Positions 46,398 to 54,114 of a stretch of 59,823 bases of DNA are shown here, piece after piece. Numbering within the stretch: position 1 is the stretch's first letter; every line of letters starts with the position of its first letter. A program made the position numbers and the translations under genes. Origin of the DNA: a virus. Lineage: Duplodnaviria > Caudoviricetes. The stretch covers positions 1 through 59,823 of IMG/VR virus record IMGVR_UViG_3300030095_004245; one strand, 5' to 3'. The notes under the pieces were generated by a model. That model made no database searches and was not told the DNA's origin. It was given only the letters and a program-made list of their open reading frames with translations.

Positions 46398-46425
46398 ATT
46401 GTCCTGCATTTGCAGGTCACGTCAA
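46398..46425 (-). promoter_or_regulatory. Putative promoter for FmdB-terS-endolysin unit
   Basis: TTGACG-16 nt-GACAAT on the - strand; the spacer holds the inverted repeat CCTGCA-AA-TGCAGG. Confidence 0.45.
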
Positions 46426-46444
46426 GGTGGGAGGTCTAAGTATT

Positions 46445-46480
46445 AGAAAAGACGACCTGTAACCTAAGCTACAGGCCGCC
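46445..46480 (-). terminator. Intrinsic terminator
   Basis: On the - strand, an 11-bp stem GGCGGCCUGUA/UACAGGUCGUC followed by UUUUCU. Confidence 0.75.
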
Positions 46481-46483
46481 AGT

Positions 46484-46518
46484 GGTACAATCATTATTGG
46501 AGGGATGATAATACTACC
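46484..46518 (-). ncRNA. Hairpin with C-rich anti-SD loop (candidate regulatory RNA element)
   Basis: GGUA-GU-AUUAUCAU-[CCCUCCA]-AUAAUGAU-UG-UACC; complementary to RBSs at 47487-47503 and 29057-29068. Confidence 0.4.
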
Positions 46519-46522
46519 AAGG

Positions 46523-46759
46523 CTATGCAAGCCCGAAAGCTGGGTCAGTGTCAAGGTGGTCTGCTATATCCATAATGCTCCCATTAGGGGCGCAAGAAAT
46601 CACATGGAAGGCACTCTCGTCTCTTATTACAAAGGTATTAACCTCACCTGATTCATTATAAAGTATAACAACTCGTCCTATTAGCTCATCCCTATTGAAT
46701 GCTGCTAAGTTTAGATACTCATCTAGCCACTCATCATCGTCTTTTACATACCGTCTCAT
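46523..46759 (-). CDS. Hypothetical protein
   Basis: 78 aa acidic ORF, AGGGG upstream, fills the gap after the recombinase. Confidence 0.55.
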   Translation of the reverse strand: MRRYVKDDDEWLDEYLNLAAFNRDELIGRVVILYNESGEVNTFVIRDESAFHVISCAPNGSIMDIADHLDTDPAFGLA

Positions 46760-46779
46760 TCGCCCCTAAGGTAGTTTGA

Positions 46780-47490
46780 TTAGGCTGCTTGCGCAATGAT
46801 GCGCCCAATAATTGGATGCCTCCATTCACCAGCTCTTGTGTATCCTGGACGCTTCCTTGCCGGAACTCCCTCAGCATTGAGATGATTAGCAATGCCTCGA
46901 TTAGACAATCCTTGCTTCGATAGGGACACAATCTTACGAATCACTTCTTGTTCGGCCTTACTCGTCTCTAGATGCTTTCCATCTGCACCAAGCCTTTTAC
47001 CGTATGGTATCTGTCCAGTGCGCTCTCCTTTAGACTTCTTCACTGCCAGTGCAGACTTAGTTCGCGCCTTTATAAGAAGGCGTTCATACTCAGCAAATGC
47101 GTTGACGATGCTACGAAGTAGCTGAGCTTCAGGTCCTTCTCCATTACCAGTACCATCTGCCGATGCTATTGTAGCGCCCTTTCGATTGACGAGCCTCTCG
47201 ATTAGTCCGGCTAGAATAGAATCACGAGCCAATCGATCTCGTTTCGCAATGAGCAACACGTCACCCTTATTCAAGGCATCGATAGACTCCAGTAGTGCTG
47301 GTCGCTGGTCGAGGTCTAACTCCAGACCACTAAGCCCCTTCCCACCAGAGATTCCTTGGTCAGTGAATGTCTGTCTAATTGTTATGTTGTTCGCCTTAGC
47401 CCATAGCTTTGCAGCGTCCTCCTGAGCCTCTGGCCCTAGGTGCTGCTCAGCAGTAGACACACGAATGTATAAGATAGCTTCCATGTTCAT
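46780..47490 (-). CDS. Serine recombinase (resolvase/invertase family, short recombinase-domain tail)
   Basis: YIRVST..Q, D.GISG, RP.L, DRLAR, FAEYER..I..RT and PYG...IA..LN..G. Confidence 0.93.
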   Translation of the reverse strand: MNMEAILYIRVSTAEQHLGPEAQEDAAKLWAKANNITIRQTFTDQGISGGKGLSGLELDLDQRPALLESIDALNKGDVLLIAKRDRLARDSILAGLIERLVNRKGATIASADGTGNGEGPEAQLLRSIVNAFAEYERLLIKARTKSALAVKKSKGERTGQIPYGKRLGADGKHLETSKAEQEVIRKIVSLSKQGLSNRGIANHLNAEGVPARKRPGYTRAGEWRHPIIGRIIAQAA

Positions 47491-47516
47491 CCCTCCAAGA
47501 ATGTTCCTATGTCATG

Positions 47517-47840
47517 TCATAATAGCCCTGTAATGTCAACCTTACGTCGAGACTCTCTGCTTCTGGTGGACGATGTCCAAGTGTCTTTCTCATAGTAGTA
47601 GCTTGCTCGAACTTCAGTGATGGGCCAGAACTCATAGAAGTCAGAAGTGACAACTAATAGCCACGTCCGTTCGTCGTCATGGACTTCATAGTCTACTGCT
47701 CTATTGTAATAAAATGGATGATCGTAGCCATTGCGTAAGACTAGGTAGGGTCTATGTGCAGCACGACCAGCTACTTCTGCGATCTCTTGAATAGTCTCAA
47801 GGGTCCTTTTGCTTGGGTACATGTTCCTCATTAGATGCAC
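47517..47840 (-). CDS. Hypothetical protein
   Basis: 107-aa ORF coupled to the upstream gene; the true start may be a downstream Met. Confidence 0.5.
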   Translation of the reverse strand: MHLMRNMYPSKRTLETIQEIAEVAGRAAHRPYLVLRNGYDHPFYYNRAVDYEVHDDERTWLLVVTSDFYEFWPITEVRASYYYEKDTWTSSTRSRESRRKVDITGLL

Positions 47841-48994
47841 TGCTGCCTTAGAATGTCTTTTAGGTGTTGAAGCATCATCGCGGCCTCTTCTAATAATAAC
47901 ATGTGACCTCCCGTCGCTGCGGCGATGTCATCAAAGCTATACCAGTGACTTGTGGGTACGAATCCGTAGAACTTATATCCATCTACAGGCAGTAGCGCTG
48001 CGACCTCACTCTCTGTGTGGTCTGGGATGCGGTAACTTTGTCCTGGCTCATCCGTCCACAGGAAGACGTAACGCAGTGCGTCTTGTCTCCAGGAGAATGA
48101 CATCTGCCCTAAGCCTATGTCTGCGAGTGTGTCGTAGGAGGGTTCGTAACCAGAAAGCATTACCCAACTAAGAAGGTCTAGTTCTGCTTTCATCTCTTGT
48201 CCGCTTATGAGGTCCGTCAACTTGATAGGGATGTTTGAGTTCAGCTTTTCTGGGAATCCTACTAAGGCAAATTGATACGCACTGTCATCTGCAACGAGCG
48301 ATGTGAATTGGTGCATAGTATTTATGGCTTCGTTGTATGCTTCTGGGATCATGGAGCACGAACGATCTATGATAAACAAGACATCAAACTTGAGATGACC
48401 TAGCCCTTCATCAATAAGTCCATCACAATCGTTATCAGCTTCATCACAAACTTCTTCAGCAGGCAGCAGCTGATTGACACATACTTCTGCACCGTCTTCA
48501 CACTGGAGTGTCCCTGCATGGCAAGGTGAGTAAAGTAAGGTTTGAGGGTCTCCCTCATAACAAAAATCAATAACGCCGACGTCATCAATAGCCCCATTAC
48601 AGTCATCATCTTTCCCATTACAAGTCTCAGTAGTTCCTGAGCGTGCGCCATAGCAGACGACTTCGCCTTGATAGCATTGCCAAGAACCTGAACCACAGAT
48701 ACCTACGCTAGTGCCGCAAGGGCTACCTATTAGAGTGTCTATATTTCCATCATCTATGAATCCGTTGCAGTCGTCGTCTTTTCCGTTACAGCTATCTGGC
48801 TCAGGGATAACCTCACCTTCACATAACAATACCTTGTTGTTGTCATCACAGAGCGGTGCGCCGTCTCTACATGTGCCTACATGGCGTGTGTCTTCGGGGC
48901 CAGTGTAGCAAGGCAAGTTGCAAACGTTGGAGTAGACCTGCGTGTCTTCGCACGCAAGCAGGGAAATGAGGCTGCACAGTATGAGCTTCTTCAT
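47831..48994 (-). CDS. Lipoprotein with Cys/Asp-rich MopE-type repeats and a vWA domain
   Basis: Lipobox MKKLILCSLISLLA-C; three C[ND]xxD[DN]DC[ND]GxID repeats; MIDAS-like FIIDRSCSM and WTDE. A TAATG overlap puts the start at 48994. Confidence 0.85.
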   Translation of the reverse strand: MKKLILCSLISLLACEDTQVYSNVCNLPCYTGPEDTRHVGTCRDGAPLCDDNNKVLLCEGEVIPEPDSCNGKDDDCNGFIDDGNIDTLIGSPCGTSVGICGSGSWQCYQGEVVCYGARSGTTETCNGKDDDCNGAIDDVGVIDFCYEGDPQTLLYSPCHAGTLQCEDGAEVCVNQLLPAEEVCDEADNDCDGLIDEGLGHLKFDVLFIIDRSCSMIPEAYNEAINTMHQFTSLVADDSAYQFALVGFPEKLNSNIPIKLTDLISGQEMKAELDLLSWVMLSGYEPSYDTLADIGLGQMSFSWRQDALRYVFLWTDEPGQSYRIPDHTESEVAALLPVDGYKFYGFVPTSHWYSFDDIAAATGGHMLLLEEAAMMLQHLKDILRQQCI

Positions 48995-49416
48995 TATCCT
49001 GATCGTACTGGGGACCACCAATCTTCACAGATCGTTACAAGCTCATCTGCATGGCAAAACGCATCATTATCTAGCGCCGCTATGAGCTGAATTATCTGAG
49101 TGATTTGCCAAGGGTCTTTAGCTTCTTTGAGGAGCTGCACAACTTCAAGCGCATTTGAATAAGCTAGAGCTACTCGATACTGCAGATAAATGAAGGTGTT
49201 TCTTTCTCTTTTCGGGGCAGGTTCTTTCTTACTTAGATCTAAGGCTATCTTAGAATCCATGCCACACGACTCTACAGCCGTTCGTAAGTTATAGAAGTGC
49301 GATCTTATATCGTCTTTCCATACCTCAACTGCCAGTGCTTCTTCTGCTCGCACGACCTTCATGCTGTCTATGTATCGTTGGAAGGCTTCGCGAAAACTAT
49401 TATTGTCGTCTCTCAT
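48994..49416 (-). CDS. Hypothetical protein
   Basis: 140-aa ORF coupled to both neighbours. Confidence 0.6.
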   Translation of the reverse strand: MRDDNNSFREAFQRYIDSMKVVRAEEALAVEVWKDDIRSHFYNLRTAVESCGMDSKIALDLSKKEPAPKRERNTFIYLQYRVALAYSNALEVVQLLKEAKDPWQITQIIQLIAALDNDAFCHADELVTICEDWWSPVRSG

Positions 49417-49648
49417 GTTTGTCTCGATTTGCTAATACAATTTCAACGGCGGCGAGTATTTCATCGACCATCCCATTCATGACTGATTGTAATTCACTTG
49501 AGGCTTCAAGCTGTCTAAGGTTTGTTTGAATGGTGGCAGCACGATCAAGAGCTAGTAGACAGAGTATCTTTCTGTTAGAGCAGTCACCTATAATGGCGCG
49601 AAGAAATATCAGTGCGCTAGAATCCTCTCCTGACTTTGAAGTAATCAT
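49400..49648 (-). CDS. Hypothetical protein
   Basis: 82-aa ORF in the operon. Confidence 0.5.
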   Translation of the reverse strand: MITSKSGEDSSALIFLRAIIGDCSNRKILCLLALDRAATIQTNLRQLEASSELQSVMNGMVDEILAAVEIVLANRDKHERRQ

Positions 49649-49654
49649 ACATGC

Positions 49655-49987
49655 CTACCTACATATTTTACTGATGCTAAACATGGACTCCATTGCTTGA
49701 TGTAGCATCAGTCCCATCAGCTGTATTGTCTGGTGCGGCATGTCGGCCTCTACTAGAAAGTTTATTGCCTCCACAACCTCATGCATAACTGTTTCGATCA
49801 TGAGATTTTCACTAATAGATTCATCAATAAGTATCTCTAGCTTGTTAGGATCGAACACTCCGAAGGCTTCGGAATCCATAAGATTCTTTTGCAGCTTGAT
49901 AGGTATAGTATGAGCACCCAGAGTCACCGACTTAGGAAGTTTTAGAGGACGCTTCTTAGGCGCTGCCTTCTTCTTCGCCCTAGGCAT
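49655..49987 (-). CDS. Small zincin-like protein (HExxE variant)
   Basis: LPKSV.LG...I.I....FG.F......I.I.......ETVMHEVVEA. Confidence 0.6.
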   Translation of the reverse strand: MPRAKKKAAPKKRPLKLPKSVTLGAHTIPIKLQKNLMDSEAFGVFDPNKLEILIDESISENLMIETVMHEVVEAINFLVEADMPHQTIQLMGLMLHQAMESMFSISKICR

Positions 49988-51249
49988 TATTCTTCTCCTT
50001 CAGTTGGTTCTATCTCTGTGGCGATGACGCCTCTTTTGCTGTCTACAATGTACGCGATGATTGCTTTTCGTGATTTGTATCCCTGACTATGGTGCCAAGA
50101 GTCTGTTCCTGCGAGTGAGGGCATCCTGTAGACAGTGACGTTTCCGAAGACAGGGAACTCCCTTTCTGTATGTAGATGGCCGCAGAAGACAAACTTATGT
50201 TTAGTCTTTCCCCATTCTACTGCCCTTTCGCCCGCAATGATGGCGGGCCAGTCCTTTGGCTTACCTACATCACCGTGAAGAAATGTAATGAGATTATTTC
50301 CGAAGACTGCATACTGACGACTCGTCATACATTCCTCTACAGCTACTTCCTTCACCGTAGAGAACCATCCCTTCAGTGCTGCTCGCAGCAGAACGCTAGT
50401 ATACCTGTCATGGTTGCCCGGAATAACGAACAGCTGTACCGGCGCAACTTGTCGAAGCAGATCGATGTAGTCACGGCACAGCTCTACCCACGTCCATGCT
50501 AGTTCCTCAGGTGAACCGTCGCAGTCCTGTGGTGTGCCTCTTGTCGTTGTCTTGTTCTGGTTATCGATGTGCAGGCCATCTCCACCTAACGCTACGATAA
50601 TCTTCTTTGGTTTGCCTCGTGCTGTAGCTCTGGCTAAAAGAGCTTTGGTAGTAGACATGAGCCGCCTACGTGCAATCTTTCTGCTGTACGGGTCTCCTGA
50701 ATACATAGGCGCGTAAGATCCCCAGTGAAAATCCGTAGGCGAAATGACCAAGGCATATGAGTCTTTTGCTACTGGCAGCTTAAGAGGCTTGACCTTGTAC
50801 TTTGATTGGGTGTTCTCGAAGCGTAACGCGAGTCTCCTGGCAGCAAGATCCATTCTTCTGTAGGCTTCTGCATCTTTCTTTATGCGACCCCACTCTTTAC
50901 GCTCTGCGCTAACTAAGACCTTCTCTTCCTTTCTGCGAAGGAGATCTTCTATAAGTTCTTCCTCTGAACCCTCCGCCATCTCCTCATCTGACCACGGCGC
51001 TGAGTCGTGAGTGGTCTCCATCGCTTTGAGTATCTCTCGAACAGTTCTTCTAGCCAGACCGAGTTTCCTAGCTAGCGTATTCAACGAAGCGGGTGCTCCG
51101 TCCCAGTTGCTATATGCTTCGCGGATAGTTTTCCAACTGTCTCCCGGCACTGCTACCGGGTTCTTTCTGGAAGGCAACGTCATAACATACAAGTCACGCT
51201 GCTCGTCGTACCAATAGGGCCTACTGTGTTCTATATTTGATGTGCTCAT
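49987..51249 (-). CDS. Calcineurin-like metallophosphoesterase with N-terminal HTH
   Basis: Motifs TDFHWG, GGD..H, PGNHD, HGD and GHLH; HTH SLNTLARKLGLARRTV. SD AGAGAGG favours ATG 51249. Confidence 0.88.
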   Translation of the reverse strand: MSTSNIEHSRPYWYDEQRDLYVMTLPSRKNPVAVPGDSWKTIREAYSNWDGAPASLNTLARKLGLARRTVREILKAMETTHDSAPWSDEEMAEGSEEELIEDLLRRKEEKVLVSAERKEWGRIKKDAEAYRRMDLAARRLALRFENTQSKYKVKPLKLPVAKDSYALVISPTDFHWGSYAPMYSGDPYSRKIARRRLMSTTKALLARATARGKPKKIIVALGGDGLHIDNQNKTTTRGTPQDCDGSPEELAWTWVELCRDYIDLLRQVAPVQLFVIPGNHDRYTSVLLRAALKGWFSTVKEVAVEECMTSRQYAVFGNNLITFLHGDVGKPKDWPAIIAGERAVEWGKTKHKFVFCGHLHTEREFPVFGNVTVYRMPSLAGTDSWHHSQGYKSRKAIIAYIVDSKRGVIATEIEPTEGEE

Positions 51250-51388
51250 ATTCCTCTCTGTGTGCAAGACGCAGAACACCCAGACTCGACCGCACCGGAA
51301 GCCAGAGAGGAAATTGGCAAGGAGCCATGAGTGCTCTACATCTCACAGCTATATCCTACAGACGCAGGGCAGCTTGCCTGCACAACTC

Positions 51389-51622
51389 CTACAAGTTGTG
51401 AATCATCGTCTTGTTTGAACGACGCTGTGTTTTGGGGGTGACTGCCATGACGCAGACACAGGAACCATTAGTGTCCCATATAGGACGGAACCCGTGAACA
51501 GCTAGAGGAGCACATGCGCGTATGCACTCTCCGGCAGTGAACTGTAGCTGTATTTGAGCCGTCCGACATCCAGATGCAGCAGTGAGGAGGAACAGCGCAA
51601 GCAGTAGTATAAATCTTTTCAT
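51389..51622 (-). CDS. Small Cys-rich lipoprotein
   Basis: MKRFILLLALFLLTAASG-C lipobox; four further Cys. Confidence 0.7.
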   Translation of the reverse strand: MKRFILLLALFLLTAASGCRTAQIQLQFTAGECIRACAPLAVHGFRPIWDTNGSCVCVMAVTPKTQRRSNKTMIHNL

Positions 51623-51738
51623 ACTACTACCGTACCAGTGCGCTACATAGTTTCTCCCCCAAACTCTGCATGATGTAGGAGTACAACATCTAGAAACTTA
51701 CTTGAAATTGATACCTAAAATCGAGCAGTATATGCGCC

Positions 51739-53889
51739 TTAGTCTACACGAACGATGTTCCAGCTCTTAGGAATGTCATCTACGTGATCGATTCTTGCTG
51801 CGGGCCATGCGGCAAAGACCTGAAGAGACTCGTCGATCTTTGCTGCGTCTTCTATCTTCTCCAAGACAGCTAGCAAGTTCTTTGGTGATAGCATCGCTAA
51901 CGATTCATCATCTAAAGAGAGTACCCGTAAAGCCTGCCCCTCTGTCCAAGCAAGTGCCAGACCTACGATCAAAGCTGCGCGTTCACTCCCTGCCATCGCT
52001 GACTTATTATGGGCTCGATTGTCTTCTCCAACAATAACCCACTGACATAAGTCTCCCTCAAGGTTTAGTTCTACTTGGAAGTTGTCTGGCATGTATCGGT
52101 TGACCGCCTCTTCCGCTTTCGTCCGCACGCCTGCTAATAGATCCTGCAAGAGCTTACCTGCCTCTTTCTCTAAATCTTTTGCTACAGCCGCGTTCTTCTT
52201 AGCGGTACGGCGGCCTTCTACTTTAGCCTCTAGCTGCTGACGATTTGCATCAAGAAGACGAAGCTCCCGTATCCTGTCCTGTAAAATGTCTGAACTAGGA
52301 CCAGAGTAGGTAGTGCTCCCTTCAGATAAAGAAGACAGCGCTTGATTTGCTGCTAGAACATGACGTTCTGCCTCAGATACCTGCCGAGTTAGCTGATCTA
52401 TTTCCCCTGAAAGGGTGAATGACTCCTCTTGCATTGCTGCATACTGCCCGTACTGCTCTTCCCTAAGCTCTACTGTCTCTTTGGCTGCCTTATGTGCCTG
52501 AGCAACGCCATTAGCATTGGTTGACGAGGCGCAGATGGGACACGTAACACAGCTGCCCGCACTAATGATGCGTTCGATAACACCTAGTGCAACTTTAGCT
52601 CGATCAAGTTGCTCCTTCTGCTCTTCTGCGTTCTCTAAAGAAGCAGTGAGCCTCTGTACATCTGCCTGCTTTTCCTGGATAGATTTCTGGAACCCTTGCA
52701 CCTGAGTCTGTAGGTTCTTTAGTCTCGTTTCATATTCATCAACAAGTAAGCGTGACTTTTCTTGAGCCTCATACTGCTGGGCCGCTTCTAGCTGCGCTTC
52801 TAACGTCGGTATCTCTTCTACACCCTCTAACGCTAGTCCTTTGAGGGACTCTATCTCTTTCTCAAGTGACTTGACCTCGCGTCCTCTAGCTAGCTTCTCT
52901 TTCCTCATCCATTTCGCCAGCTCTGCTAGTTTCGCTGCAGCATCCGACCCTGTTACTTCCTTAACTCCAGTCTTCCACAGTGCTTTTTGCGCTGCGTCCA
53001 GCGCCGTAGGGGTAGGTATCTTTTTCATCTCCCCAAACCGAGAGAAGATTGCTTCTCTAGCTTTCGATTTATCGTAGGAAAGTATCTCACTGGCTAGAGC
53101 TAATGGGAGTTGGTCCTGATCGTAGGGCGCACTGTGCCTGGGCTTCTTAGGCTTAGACTGCAGGTTGTCTACATAGAACTTCGCTTCGATGCTTCCGTTA
53201 GTTAGCTCTACGTACAGTTGGTCTGCGTTTTTAGGTGCCAAACTAGCGAGCTGGCTTGCATGGTGCCCTGCAGGGTGCTTGCCTGTTAGCCCTAGACGTA
53301 TGGCGTCAGAGACTACAGAGCTTTTACCGCTCCTATTATCTCCTACAACGAGGTTGAGTTGTTTTAGGTCTGCATCTACAGGAACTTTTACGTTGCTCTT
53401 GATGTGTGTGAAATGTTTAGTCATGGTCTTGATCCTTTGTCTGTCTGTCGGTCGCATAATAATCACAACGCTTGGGAACGTTGCTGAATGGTTAGATTGT
53501 TTGTCACTGACGAACTTCAATCGGCCCTTGATGAAGCGTGTCTCGGATATTTTATATACATATTTATGGAACCAGCGAGTGTCTGTCCTCGCCGGTATTA
53601 GTAATACTACAGTGGCTCCTTTATCAGCCTCCTGTCTTGCTTTTGCTACCCAGTCTCCTATGTTCCTACTGTAGGGTGGGTTGAGGAACACCCGTTGAAA
53701 TGGATGCCATGGCTTTGAGAGAGAGTCGTCGGTAATATCATAATAAAAATGACACTTAGCGTTATGCTTAGCTGCCGCTGCGTCTAATATAAAATCAAAC
53801 TCTTCATCTAAAGTATTGAACACGTCTTCTGGAGTCCCCCAGTCTTCTTTCTTTGAGGAGAAAAGAACATCTGGAAACTCAGTAGACAT
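51739..53889 (-). CDS. Phage Dam-family N6-adenine methyltransferase fused to Rad50/SbcC-like ATPase
   Basis: aa 1-150: W.TP, LDAAA, FLNPPYS, LLIPARTDT.WF and FIKGRLKF. aa 156-716: Walker A GDNRSGKS, coiled coils, CPIC hook, AGSE signature and LSLDDE Walker B. Confidence 0.88.
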   Translation of the reverse strand: MSTEFPDVLFSSKKEDWGTPEDVFNTLDEEFDFILDAAAAKHNAKCHFYYDITDDSLSKPWHPFQRVFLNPPYSRNIGDWVAKARQEADKGATVVLLIPARTDTRWFHKYVYKISETRFIKGRLKFVSDKQSNHSATFPSVVIIMRPTDRQRIKTMTKHFTHIKSNVKVPVDADLKQLNLVVGDNRSGKSSVVSDAIRLGLTGKHPAGHHASQLASLAPKNADQLYVELTNGSIEAKFYVDNLQSKPKKPRHSAPYDQDQLPLALASEILSYDKSKAREAIFSRFGEMKKIPTPTALDAAQKALWKTGVKEVTGSDAAAKLAELAKWMRKEKLARGREVKSLEKEIESLKGLALEGVEEIPTLEAQLEAAQQYEAQEKSRLLVDEYETRLKNLQTQVQGFQKSIQEKQADVQRLTASLENAEEQKEQLDRAKVALGVIERIISAGSCVTCPICASSTNANGVAQAHKAAKETVELREEQYGQYAAMQEESFTLSGEIDQLTRQVSEAERHVLAANQALSSLSEGSTTYSGPSSDILQDRIRELRLLDANRQQLEAKVEGRRTAKKNAAVAKDLEKEAGKLLQDLLAGVRTKAEEAVNRYMPDNFQVELNLEGDLCQWVIVGEDNRAHNKSAMAGSERAALIVGLALAWTEGQALRVLSLDDESLAMLSPKNLLAVLEKIEDAAKIDESLQVFAAWPAARIDHVDDIPKSWNIVRVD

Positions 53890-53900
53890 AATGCAGGTTG

Positions 53901-54074
53901 TTATTTCTTGCCGCGCTTTTTAGGTAACAACTCTGCGTATAGTATGTCCCTTGCTACATCACTACGTGTGACTTTCCTTGATGGTGTACGTTTCTTTTCT
54001 GCTGCAGCTAAGCGATCTAGCCCTTTTAGCAATGCAGCATCTACTCGTACATAAAGTACCTTGTCTAGTTCCAC
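53901..54074 (-). CDS. Ribbon-helix-helix (CopG/Arc-like) DNA-binding protein
   Basis: LYVRVD..L...LD.LA........TRSDVARDIL. The start is either ATG 54092 or a leaderless GTG 54074. Confidence 0.75.
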   Translation of the reverse strand: MELDKVLYVRVDAALLKGLDRLAAAEKKRTPSRKVTRSDVARDILYAELLPKKRGKK

Positions 54075-54080
54075 GGCGCG

Positions 54081-54109
54081 AGTGTCCGACATTAGCTAGC
54101 GCATGTCAA
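54081..54109 (-). promoter_or_regulatory. Promoter for RHH/Dam-Rad50 unit, leaderless geometry
   Basis: TTGACA-17 nt-GACACT-6 nt-GTG(54074), in frame with the RHH ORF. Confidence 0.6.
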
Positions 54110-54114
54110 TGCCT

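Noticed and set aside
46734-46931. 65-aa ORF overlapping the recombinase 3' end
   Set aside because: Alternative-frame overlap with two better genes; no SD or motif.
46780-47490. Serine recombinase as a prophage integrase
   Set aside because: At 236 aa it lacks the zinc-ribbon/coiled-coil region of large serine integrases; no att sites, repressor or host genes are visible.
51623-51738. Intergenic gap with a short hairpin (GATGTAG...CAACATC)
   Set aside because: Weak, imperfect stem with no U-tract, promoter or convincing ORF.
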